Assembly: GCA_963932905.1 (NCBI GenBank)
Contig: CAWVRN010000006.1
Location: 32,001-96,000 of the forward strand
Source: an uncultured Bdellovibrio sp.
GTDB lineage: Bacteria; Bdellovibrionota; Bdellovibrionia; Bdellovibrionales; Bdellovibrionaceae
DNA: 64,000 nt
Direction of reading: 5' to 3'
Part shown: in pieces, positions 48,852-57,701 of the stretch
How the letters are laid out: each line of letters opens with the position of its first letter
Numbering within the stretch: the stretch's first letter is position 1
Notes under the pieces: model-generated
Databases searched by the model: none
Told to the model about the DNA's origin: nothing
The model's input: only the letters and a program-made list of their open reading frames with translations
Program-made: the position numbers and the translations under genes

Positions 48852-50699
48852 ATGAACATCAATAATTTTGTTATTTCAGTCGCTACAGTCAACGGAAGCG
48901 GGTCTCAGTCCGCGAACAATATTCTATTAAAATCTTTATTTCGTATGGGTATCCCGGTTGGGGGCAAAAATGTATTTCCATCTAACATCGCAGGTCTTCC
49001 AACATGGTTTTGGATCCGCGCAGATGACAAAGGTTTTGTAGCTCGTCGCGAACACGCCGATATTTTCGTAGCCATGAATCCGACGACATTGAAGGAAGAT
49101 TTAAAAACCGTGAAAAACGGCGGCTATTTTATTTACAATTCTGATTTAGGAATTAAGCCTGAGCTAACTCCAGAACTTCAAGAAGTTCAACTGATCCCGA
49201 TTTCATTCAAACCCCTTGTTGATAAATCAACAGATTCAATCAAAATCAAAAAACTTGTGATCAACATGGTTTACGTTGGAGTCATCGCGCAATTATTAGG
49301 AATTGATGTTCCTACATTGAACGAAACGATTGCTGATCAATTTGAAGGAAAAGAATCCGTTATCGAAGTAAACAGAAAAGCTTCTGAAAATGGTTTCATC
49401 TACGCGCAAGAAAATTTGAAAATTCCGTTCCTGTTCAAAGCTGAAAAATCAGATCGTAATAAAAACAAAATCATGATGGATGGCAACTCGGCTGGAGCCC
49501 TTGGTTGGCTTTTTGGAGGGTGCACATTCACAGCTTGGTACCCTATCACGCCGTCTAGCTCGATCGTTGAGAACTATATCAAGTTTGCGAACAAATATCG
49601 TAAAGATGAAAATGGTAAAAACAAGTTCGCCGTGGTTCAGGCCGAAGACGAATTATCAGCGATATGTATGGTGATCGGCGCTGGTTGGTCTGGCGCTCGC
49701 AGTATCACGGCGACATCTGGCCCGGGCTTAAGTTTGATGGCTGAATCGGCTGGTTTTTCTTACTTCACTGAAATCCCGTCAGTGATTTGGAACGTACAAC
49801 GTATGGGTCCATCGACCGGTATGCCGACTCGTACAGCGCAAGGGGATCTACTATCTTCCGTATTCCTTTCACACGGTGACACTAAGCACCCGTGTTTGAT
49901 TCCTGGAACAATCAAAGAGTGTTTTGATTTCGGTCAAACGGCGTTCGACATAGCGGAACGTTTTCAACAGTTAGTCATCGTCCTCAGCGATTTAGATTTA
50001 GGTATGAACTTATGGATGGAAGATAAATGGGATTACCCAGAAAAACCATACGATCGAGGTAAAGTTTTAACGGCCGCTGATTTAGAAAAAGTAACTCAGT
50101 TCGAACGTTATGCTGATGTCGATGGTGACGGCATCGCTTACCGCACTCTGCCCGGTACTCGCAGCGATAAAGCCGCATTCTTTACCCGTGGCAGCGGACA
50201 CAATCGTCGGGCCGCTTACACAGAGAAAAGCGATGAGTATTTATACATCCTAGATCGTTTGGCTAAAAAATGGCAAACGGCGAAAGCTTATGTTCCGGGC
50301 CCAGTGTTCTGCTGTTCAAAAGATTTAAAATCTTTTGAATTAAAAGCTGGAACCGCTGTGAAATCTGTTTGCGATAGCAAATATGGTATCATCGCCTATG
50401 GTTCTAGCGATATGTCGGTGAAAGAAGCGATGTATTTATTAGATAAACAAAATTTGAATTTTGATTACTGCCGTATTCGCGCGGTCCCCTTTACTGATTC
50501 TATTTTGGAATTTATTAAATCTCATGAACGTGTTTTCGTTGTGGATCAAAACCGCGATGGACAAATGTTTGAATTATTGAAAATGGAAATGCCAGACACC
50601 GCTCTTCATTTAAGTTCGGTTAAACATTACGATGGTACTCCAATCACGGCAGACACGATCGTTAAGCACATCAAATCACAACTTGGAGACGCAACATGA
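48852..50699 (+). CDS. 2-oxoacid:ferredoxin oxidoreductase, alpha (fused gamma) subunit
   Basis: NGSGSQS, WYPITPSS, QAEDELSA, TSGPG and QRMGPSTGMPT. Confidence 0.94.
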   Translation: MNINNFVISVATVNGSGSQSANNILLKSLFRMGIPVGGKNVFPSNIAGLPTWFWIRADDKGFVARREHADIFVAMNPTTLKEDLKTVKNGGYFIYNSDLGIKPELTPELQEVQLIPISFKPLVDKSTDSIKIKKLVINMVYVGVIAQLLGIDVPTLNETIADQFEGKESVIEVNRKASENGFIYAQENLKIPFLFKAEKSDRNKNKIMMDGNSAGALGWLFGGCTFTAWYPITPSSSIVENYIKFANKYRKDENGKNKFAVVQAEDELSAICMVIGAGWSGARSITATSGPGLSLMAESAGFSYFTEIPSVIWNVQRMGPSTGMPTRTAQGDLLSSVFLSHGDTKHPCLIPGTIKECFDFGQTAFDIAERFQQLVIVLSDLDLGMNLWMEDKWDYPEKPYDRGKVLTAADLEKVTQFERYADVDGDGIAYRTLPGTRSDKAAFFTRGSGHNRRAAYTEKSDEYLYILDRLAKKWQTAKAYVPGPVFCCSKDLKSFELKAGTAVKSVCDSKYGIIAYGSSDMSVKEAMYLLDKQNLNFDYCRIRAVPFTDSILEFIKSHERVFVVDQNRDGQMFELLKMEMPDTALHLSSVKHYDGTPITADTIVKHIKSQLGDAT

Positions 50700-51715
50700 G
50701 CACAAACAAAGTTGGCTTAGAGAAAAAAGACTACGCGGGTGGACCATCAACGTTGTGTACCGGTTGTGGCCATGATTCTATTTCAGCCCATATCATGTCG
50801 GCGACATTCCTAAACGGAACACATCCTTACGACATCGCAAAAATGTCGGGCATCGGTTGCAGTTCAAAAACTCCTGCTTACTACATTTCAAAATCATTCG
50901 GTTTTAATTCTATGCACGGTCGCATGGCTCCAATTTCTACAGGTGCCAAAGTTGTTAACGGCCAAATGAAATTGATCGGTATGAGTGGTGATGGCGACAC
51001 GGCCAGCATTGGCCTGGGCGGATTTGCTCATTTACTTCGTCGTAACGTGGAAATGTGCTACCTAGTAGCCAACAACGGAGTTTACGGATTAACAAAAGGT
51101 CAATTCAGCGCCACTGCGGACAAAGGTGCTAGGCAAAAGAATGGCGCCTACAACCCGTTTGATACTATCGACATATGCTCACTAGCTTTAGATTTAGGTT
51201 GCACTTTCGTAGCCCGTTCGTTTTCGGGTGACGCGAAACAGTTAGTTCCGTTGCTACAGGCAGCAATGAAACACAAAGGCACTGCCGTTATCGATATCAT
51301 TTCACCGTGCATTACGTTTAACAATCACGACGGTTCAACAAAAAGTTACACGTACGTACGTGAACATGATGTCAGCTTGCAAGAGCTTGGTATCATTCAA
51401 CCCATGGATGAAATCAAAGTGGATTACGCGGAAGGCGAACGTCAAAATGTTCAATTGCCAGATGGATCAACACTGACACTGAAAAAATTAGGCAAACAAG
51501 ATTTAGACATTACAGATCGTTACGCGGCTATGCGCCTATTGAATGAAAGCAAGCAAACTAGCGAAATTCTAACTGGGTTATTTCACATCGATTCCAAATC
51601 AGAATCTTTGAACGAAACATTGAATTTGGTTGATGGATCTCTTGCATTCTTAAATGAAAATGATCTTCGCCCAACGAAGGCCCAATGGAACGAAATACTA
51701 GCGGACTTTGTTTAA
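50696..51715 (+). CDS. 2-oxoacid:ferredoxin oxidoreductase, beta subunit
   Basis: LCTGCGH, SGIGCS, HGR, TPP motif GDGD...NN, and YGLTKGQ. Confidence 0.94.
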   Translation: MSTNKVGLEKKDYAGGPSTLCTGCGHDSISAHIMSATFLNGTHPYDIAKMSGIGCSSKTPAYYISKSFGFNSMHGRMAPISTGAKVVNGQMKLIGMSGDGDTASIGLGGFAHLLRRNVEMCYLVANNGVYGLTKGQFSATADKGARQKNGAYNPFDTIDICSLALDLGCTFVARSFSGDAKQLVPLLQAAMKHKGTAVIDIISPCITFNNHDGSTKSYTYVREHDVSLQELGIIQPMDEIKVDYAEGERQNVQLPDGSTLTLKKLGKQDLDITDRYAAMRLLNESKQTSEILTGLFHIDSKSESLNETLNLVDGSLAFLNENDLRPTKAQWNEILADFV

Positions 51716-51748
51716 CGTATTCATTTTTATAGAAAATAAATTTAAATA

Positions 51749-51788
51749 AAAAACTGATCGATGTAGAAATTCGTTTTGATCAGTTTTT
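51749..51788. terminator. Inverted repeat, probable terminator between convergent genes
   Basis: AAAAACTGATC ... GATCAGTTTTT. Confidence 0.55.
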
Positions 51789-51883
51789 ACGGCGCGCTAG
51801 GCTCGACGGTCCCATAACCCCCGCCCATTTCCCCGTGGCCGTTGTCGCTGATCGACCTTTCTTGACCCGATTGTGGCCAAAAA

Positions 51884-52846
51884 TCAATTCGCTTCATCAG
51901 GGAGGAAATCGACGCGAATGCCTTGTTCTGCTCCGGGTATCGCAGTTCCATTGAAACGTATCAAATTGGATTCCGCAACGTATGTCCAACCATCGACATC
52001 ACTCATTGGAACTTCGACGCCGCCAACGTACACACGAATGGTGTCGACTCTGGGTTTACGGTCTAATTTGTAATCTGTCAGGATTTGAATAATACGCGCT
52101 TTAATCGTTGAAACAGATCTATACAGATCGTTTCCACACAAGGAGCCACTGATACCGCCCGAATAGTTTACGACTTCCATAAACTTCACGCCAGGTTCTT
52201 TAAATCCCCACTCTGAACTACTACAGTTATCCTGTTGCGATAACACACCGAAAAAATTCATAGTCCAAGATTTAGTTCCATCTTCGTGGTTCGGTCTTAA
52301 TCTATCTAAAAAATTAGCGTAGTAGTTCCATGGTTTAGCACTTTTATCGTCTTCATTTGTCAAAACGATAATATTTAAGAAAGAATCATCACGAAGGAAT
52401 CCCTTACCTTCTGTTTTACGATAGGATTCCGAAAGAACGGCTTCAATAGCGCCTAGTCCTTCTTCTAAAGTCGAACCATTTTCACCAATAAAGATTTTTT
52501 TCTTCAATTCTTCAACGAAATTGGGTGTGTCCATTGTGATATACTTTGGTGTTCCCACCAACTTTCCACTTTCTGGAAAACTGCTTAACATTGTCATTGA
52601 TGTTGTCGCGATGTGAATATCCATATCAAGCTGCTTCAACGAATCAAATAAATAAGGGAGTTGGTCATGCAGTTGCTTTTGTACCAAATTCATTGACGAT
52701 CCATTATCGATAACAAAAAGGATATCGAGCTTGCGATTATATTTCACATCTTGTGCGAAATTTTGACTGGTTTCACCAACTCCAAATTCTACACCGTTTG
52801 AACAGCCGATTAGCAGTAGCATTGGCAATACAGACCAGATCTTCAT
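51884..52846 (-). CDS. VWA-domain lipoprotein (CglB-like)
   Basis: Lipobox LLIGC, LDILFVIDNGSSM (MIDAS-like), EEGL, FLRDDS and IIVLTNEDD. Confidence 0.75.
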   Translation of the reverse strand: MKIWSVLPMLLLIGCSNGVEFGVGETSQNFAQDVKYNRKLDILFVIDNGSSMNLVQKQLHDQLPYLFDSLKQLDMDIHIATTSMTMLSSFPESGKLVGTPKYITMDTPNFVEELKKKIFIGENGSTLEEGLGAIEAVLSESYRKTEGKGFLRDDSFLNIIVLTNEDDKSAKPWNYYANFLDRLRPNHEDGTKSWTMNFFGVLSQQDNCSSSEWGFKEPGVKFMEVVNYSGGISGSLCGNDLYRSVSTIKARIIQILTDYKLDRKPRVDTIRVYVGGVEVPMSDVDGWTYVAESNLIRFNGTAIPGAEQGIRVDFLPDEAN

Positions 52847-53679
52847 GCAACCTTCTTACGCTGAATCATTTCTTTTTCAGCAAACTCTTGGATCTTTTGT
52901 TTTATGTTTTGGCTGATGCTGGTGAATTTCACTCCGTACTTAAACTCGTTAATTTTATTGATTGGATGTGAATGAAATTCCTTGCTGATAATGGTGCATA
53001 CCGCATTGAACGGCGGGACGCCGTCGCCCGGTTGAAAATGTAGAAATAAATTCTGACCCGGTGTGAATTGGTTTGTGTCAATAAAGACACCGGCACCACC
53101 AGAACTGATTTCTAAACTGCGACCTTTGAATATTTGTTTATTGTTATGAACAATCAAAGAACAACCATAGGTCACACGAACATTGCGACGACGGAAAAAA
53201 ATTTCAGAAATCGTCGGATCACCACTTTGAATTAATTTTTTCAAATTGGTCCTAGAAAAATCTTCGATTTCGGCAAGACGTTTCCAGCTTTCCATTTCCG
53301 GTTGCCACAAGAAATCATACTCATACAGGATTTTGGCCTGTAACATTTGAATGATTTCGACCTTTGAAAAAGGCCCATAGTTATTATTGTCTTTTAAAAC
53401 ATACCAAGCTTTCTCTTGAATAGAGTCAACAGAAGACACATCTGATTTCTTATCCAGCTTATTTAACGTAGGGTCATTAATAGAATGCTTTAATACACTT
53501 TCCGTAAAAAGCTTATTAAATGCCTTATGTTCGACTATGATTACCCAGTCTTTTTTGGCTTCATCGTATATATAGTCCATCCAACTGATTTCTTTGGATT
53601 TGATTTTTTTAATCACATCATCTTCAGAAAAAGGTCCGATCTGTTGATTATTCTTACTTACGTAATAGTTTTTAACCAT
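52843..53679 (-). CDS. Tandem GYF_2 (DUF4339) domains plus a PilZ domain
   Basis: YYV...QIGPFS...W and WYV...NYGPFS...W..W repeats. PilZ motifs RRRNVR and EISSGG...YGVKF. Confidence 0.85.
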   Translation of the reverse strand: MVKNYYVSKNNQQIGPFSEDDVIKKIKSKEISWMDYIYDEAKKDWVIIVEHKAFNKLFTESVLKHSINDPTLNKLDKKSDVSSVDSIQEKAWYVLKDNNNYGPFSKVEIIQMLQAKILYEYDFLWQPEMESWKRLAEIEDFSRTNLKKLIQSGDPTISEIFFRRRNVRVTYGCSLIVHNNKQIFKGRSLEISSGGAGVFIDTNQFTPGQNLFLHFQPGDGVPPFNAVCTIISKEFHSHPINKINEFKYGVKFTSISQNIKQKIQEFAEKEMIQRKKVA

Positions 53680-53705
53680 ATTTTTCCTTTTACTAGACTG
53701 AACTT

Positions 53706-53733
53706 TATTCGGGGATTAAAGCATCTAACTTTA
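53706..53733 (-). promoter_or_regulatory. Putative sigma-28 promoter of the GYF-PilZ / VWA operon
   Basis: Minus strand reads TAAA-N16-CCCGAATA. Confidence 0.6.
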
Positions 53734-53809
53734 TGCTAGCTGGACCTTTTTTCGAACTTTTTTTCACGTCCTTTTGTCGATTTTCTAGACAGTGTTCAAG
53801 AGAATTTAA

Positions 53810-53837
53810 TTTAGTTCGCTAGGAATCATACCGATAT
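53810..53837 (+). promoter_or_regulatory. Putative sigma-28 promoter of the response regulator
   Basis: TTTA-N16-ACCGATAT, ending 8 nt before the ATG. Confidence 0.55.
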
Positions 53838-53845
53838 CTTAGTGT

Positions 53846-54484
53846 ATGACAAAAGCGAAAAAAACCGTCGTAATTGTAGATGATGAAGTGGATTTGACCG
53901 AGCTGTTCAGCAGCCTTCTCGAAGACACGTATGATGTTATCGCATTTAATCGTCCCAATGATTTCATTGCCTATCTAAACGCGCATAAAGACGTACCTTT
54001 TGACGCACTCATTTCTGATTTCAATATGCCGCAAATGACTGGTTTAGACATGATTAAAAAGTGTTTTGAAAAGGGATATCATTTCCCGTTCATTCTTTTC
54101 TCTGCCTATTTAGAAAAAGAAGTTATTTTCAAAGCCCTTCAAATTGGTGCTTTTAGACTCTTAGAAAAACCATCGACAAAAGAAAAACTGGAAAAAGCGA
54201 TCGAAGATATTATCATCGAGCATGATAGTTCCAAACTACGTGGTGAAATTCGATCTACGATTGATCAACTACGTGAATACTACACGTTTCTTAAGGTGAT
54301 TCTAAACGATCGAATCCCTGCCAAAGAAATGGAAGAATTATTTTTGCAAACAGATCCGACGGGAAATGCTAGAACCTCGTCACCGGAAGAGATTCTAAAC
54401 AAGCTTGAAGAAAAGCTAGATATGCTTTTCTCCACCGAAGAGGATTTGGAAACGAGAAAAGGAAAATTCTTTAAATCAGCTTAG
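53846..54484 (+). CDS. Response regulator (REC plus a helical C-terminal extension, no recognisable DNA-binding domain)
   Basis: VVIVDDE, ISDFNMPQMTG, FSA and LEKP. Confidence 0.88.
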   Translation: MTKAKKTVVIVDDEVDLTELFSSLLEDTYDVIAFNRPNDFIAYLNAHKDVPFDALISDFNMPQMTGLDMIKKCFEKGYHFPFILFSAYLEKEVIFKALQIGAFRLLEKPSTKEKLEKAIEDIIIEHDSSKLRGEIRSTIDQLREYYTFLKVILNDRIPAKEMEELFLQTDPTGNARTSSPEEILNKLEEKLDMLFSTEEDLETRKGKFFKSA

Positions 54485-54865
54485 AGCCATACGCCATTCT
54501 GGCGTTGGTTCAATCAGTCGGCGTGTTTTCATATCAAATAATCCGAATATCACTCGCAATTCAGCCGCCTGAGTTCCATTGGTTTTATACATTTTTTGCA
54601 AAATTTCACCGATTCGTCCTTCATATTTCACAAGTTCAGATTTAATTGTAATTACGTCACGAGCTAAAACTTCTTTCATGAATTTCAAATTGACTTCCAA
54701 AAGTACCGGGCCTTGTTGAAGTTCTAACATTTTTTTCAAACCATAGCCTCGGGAGTGAATGATATCCCATCGAGCCAATTCGAATAATTCTAAATATACG
54801 GCATTGTTTAAGTGCCCTAGCATATCGACTTGAGTTTCTTTAATTGTAGTTTCAAAATTTATCAT
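54476..54865 (-). CDS. Acyl-CoA thioesterase (4HBT/YbgC hotdog family)
   Basis: VDMLGHLNNAVYLELFELAR motif. Confidence 0.9.
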   Translation of the reverse strand: MINFETTIKETQVDMLGHLNNAVYLELFELARWDIIHSRGYGLKKMLELQQGPVLLEVNLKFMKEVLARDVITIKSELVKYEGRIGEILQKMYKTNGTQAAELRVIFGLFDMKTRRLIEPTPEWRMALS

Positions 54866-54873
54866 ATTACTTC

Positions 54874-55902
54874 CTATTTTAAAGCTTCACGAATATACGC
54901 GCTTCCTTGATCTAACAACCCTACGACAACGGCGATTACGAAGAATATACAACCAACTTCTTCCCACATAGCTTGGCCCTGATAAGCAATTAATAATTTA
55001 CCAATACCACCACCGCCAACAAAACCAACTATAGTCGCCATACGCACATTGATATCCCAGCGGTAAACAGTAAACGAAATATACGGTAAAATTACCTGAG
55101 GAACGATCGCGTACCAAATAGTTTGCAATTCTGAAGCACCAGTCGCCTTGATACCTTCAATTGGACCATCGGACACAGTTTCTACAATCTCAGAATATTG
55201 TTTTGCTAGAGATGCGATTGAATGAATCATCAGCGCCAGCATACCCGCACTGGCACCAATCCCCACCCATACCGAAAAAATAATCGCCCACATGAACGCC
55301 TCAACGGAACGAATCACGTTTAGAAACGTTCTCAGCACAAGATAGATCAACACGGCTACAGGATGCTTCATGATGTTTTTAGCCGCTGCAAAACTAAGGA
55401 CAAAAGCAATGGGAATTGCGAACGCTGTTGCGATAAACGCCATAAAAATAGTCTCAAACATTTTCAGGATGGCACTCGGCAATAAATCAAAATTAGGATT
55501 TAATAATTTCGAGAAAATTCTCATCGCACCATCAAAACCATCTTTATCAAGAATTTTATAAATTGAAAATTCTGTCGCCTTCAGACCGGCACCGAACAAT
55601 AACAACATTAAAACCCATAATTGCCATTGACCAAACTGCCGATAGAATGGCTTTTCTTCCGACTGAATTTTCTTGTAGTCAGGTTCGAATAACGATTCGC
55701 CCAACGTTTTAATATTTTTACTATTTAAAAACTGACTTAAGACAGCGCCTAGGATTCCCATAGCCAAAACAATCAGGAAATTCAGGGATAGATTTAACCA
55801 TTGATCATCGGTAGGACTAAGAATGACGATCAGTACGATACTAAATATAAATCCGAAACAAATACTGTCAAAAATAAGTCGTTTAATTGCATGCGAGTTC
55901 AT
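54874..55902 (-). CDS. phnE: Phosphonate/phosphite ABC transporter permease
   Basis: EAA-like GPIEGIKATGA and YRWDINVRMATIVGFVGGGGIG. Confidence 0.92.
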   Translation of the reverse strand: MNSHAIKRLIFDSICFGFIFSIVLIVILSPTDDQWLNLSLNFLIVLAMGILGAVLSQFLNSKNIKTLGESLFEPDYKKIQSEEKPFYRQFGQWQLWVLMLLLFGAGLKATEFSIYKILDKDGFDGAMRIFSKLLNPNFDLLPSAILKMFETIFMAFIATAFAIPIAFVLSFAAAKNIMKHPVAVLIYLVLRTFLNVIRSVEAFMWAIIFSVWVGIGASAGMLALMIHSIASLAKQYSEIVETVSDGPIEGIKATGASELQTIWYAIVPQVILPYISFTVYRWDINVRMATIVGFVGGGGIGKLLIAYQGQAMWEEVGCIFFVIAVVVGLLDQGSAYIREALK

Positions 55903-56672
55903 TAATTCACTCGCACTTCGCGAGCATCCTCGCCATAGATTTTATGAAACCATTCATCTGTAATATCATTTGGACTACCTTCGAACACCAGCCGCCCTTC
56001 CTTCAAAGCGATGACCCGAGTCGCATACTGACGGACTAGGCTTAAAAAATGTAAATTGCAAATGATTGTAATGCCCAAGTTCTGATTTGCTTTCTTTAAA
56101 TAGTCCATAACGATGTGACTTGTTGCCGGATCCAGTGATGCTACGGGTTCGTCGGCAAGCAACATACTGGGGTTTTGTGCCAACGCCCGCGCAATGGCGA
56201 CTCGTTGTTGCTGCCCACCTGATAATTGATCGGCGCGAATCCGTGCTTTGTCGCCAATGCCCACTAATTTTAAATATCTAAATGCATCGGCCTTATCTTT
56301 TTCCGAAAACATTCCAAAAATAGATTTCAAAATACCAGTTTGACCTAATCGCCCCATCAAAACGTTGGAAAGAACTGTATGGCGAGGAATCAAATTAAAG
56401 TGCTGGAAAATCATCCCTATTTTAGTTCGAATGGATTTCACAGCGTCACGATCAGCCCGAGCTATATTTTCACCTTCAAAAAAAATATCGCCTGACGATG
56501 GATCATGCAATCGATTGATACAACGAAGAAGTGTGGACTTTCCAGAACCACTTAGGCCTATCACCACAAGGAACTCGCCTTTCTTGACGTCGAAGGAAAT
56601 TCCTTTCAGTGCCTGTACTCCGTTAGGATATGTTTTAACTAGATTTTTTACAGACAGAATCGTGTCGGACAT
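55902..56672 (-). CDS. phnC: Phosphonate/phosphite ABC transporter ATP-binding protein
   Basis: GLSGSGKS, LSGGQQQRVAIARAL, ADEPVASLDP and NLH. Confidence 0.94.
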   Translation of the reverse strand: MSDTILSVKNLVKTYPNGVQALKGISFDVKKGEFLVVIGLSGSGKSTLLRCINRLHDPSSGDIFFEGENIARADRDAVKSIRTKIGMIFQHFNLIPRHTVLSNVLMGRLGQTGILKSIFGMFSEKDKADAFRYLKLVGIGDKARIRADQLSGGQQQRVAIARALAQNPSMLLADEPVASLDPATSHIVMDYLKKANQNLGITIICNLHFLSLVRQYATRVIALKEGRLVFEGSPNDITDEWFHKIYGEDAREVRVN

Positions 56673-57583
56673 TATTTACTCATCATTTCTTGGGCGGATT
56701 TTCCAATTTGCGTTAGCATTTTTCGAATCGGTTCGAATTCAGCATCATTTGTTAATCTCAAGTCTGTCACACCATAAATTTCTTTAAATGCTTTTTTCCC
56801 TTCAGCCGTTTTAATAAACTTCATCAAAGCTTCGATAACAACTTGTTTCATTTCCTCAGGCATGTCCTTGCGAAAAACAATAGGATCATTGGGGATAGGC
56901 TCTGACAACTCCAAAATTTTTACTTTTTTGGCGACATCAGGATACTGAGTTACTACCAATCGGCGCGCATCTTCTACCGTACCGTCGACAGCGGGAGGTG
57001 AATAAAACGTAGCACCAGCGTCGACTTCACCCAGGTATACTTTGGTAACTACCGCATCATGCTTCATTGTAAAAACAGTTTCTTTCGGATTGATATTGCG
57101 ATCTCGTAGAGTTTTCATCGGCAACAAATATCCCGATGTTGACGATGGATCTACGAAAGCAATTTTCTTTCCATCTAAGTCTTGCAATCTTTTGATTTTG
57201 CTATTGGTGGGAACGATGAACTGCGATTGATAGGTAGCAAGCCCATCTCTAAGAACGATCATCTTGGCTTCAGCTCCATATTTTTCATGGGCTAGCAAAT
57301 AACCAAATGAATTCAATGCCGCCACGTCGGCTTTTTTAGTCCCGAACGATTCAACTACTGCGATGTAAGATTGCAATACAACAAGTTCATATTTGTAAGG
57401 CGTATTGGCCTCAAGGAACACTTTAAATGCCTTTGAATTGCCTTCAATAACTTTGGCATCTAACGAAGGCAAAAAGTGAATTTTAACTGGATTATCTTTG
57501 GACCCAAGAGCCGCTTTGTTACTGGTGCATGCGACCGTACCAAGTACAACTAATGCTGTAGTTAGTATTTGTTTCACAAACAT
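56672..57583 (-). CDS. phnD: Phosphate/phosphite/phosphonate-binding lipoprotein
   Basis: Likely ATG at 57583, lipobox TVAC, FVDPSSTSGYLLP, HDAV and IPNDP. Confidence 0.88.
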   Translation of the reverse strand: MFVKQILTTALVVLGTVACTSNKAALGSKDNPVKIHFLPSLDAKVIEGNSKAFKVFLEANTPYKYELVVLQSYIAVVESFGTKKADVAALNSFGYLLAHEKYGAEAKMIVLRDGLATYQSQFIVPTNSKIKRLQDLDGKKIAFVDPSSTSGYLLPMKTLRDRNINPKETVFTMKHDAVVTKVYLGEVDAGATFYSPPAVDGTVEDARRLVVTQYPDVAKKVKILELSEPIPNDPIVFRKDMPEEMKQVVIEALMKFIKTAEGKKAFKEIYGVTDLRLTNDAEFEPIRKMLTQIGKSAQEMMSK

Positions 57584-57701
57584 GGTTCCACCATTCGTCC
57601 ACACATCATTGAGGACGCCCAAAACTAACAAAATTCGCTACAAAAATCCACACGATTTACGTTGCGTACAGCCTACCAAATGGTCTATTAAGTTAAAGAC
57701 T

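Noticed and set aside
51790..51880. GC-rich intergenic stretch as tRNA or SRP RNA
   Set aside because: No cloverleaf, TTCGA T-loop or SRP GGAA-loop motif on either strand. Left unexplained.
57498..57701. N-terminal extension of the HAD ORF
   Set aside because: It overlaps the divergent phnD start. ATG 57702 gives a normal HAD N-terminus.
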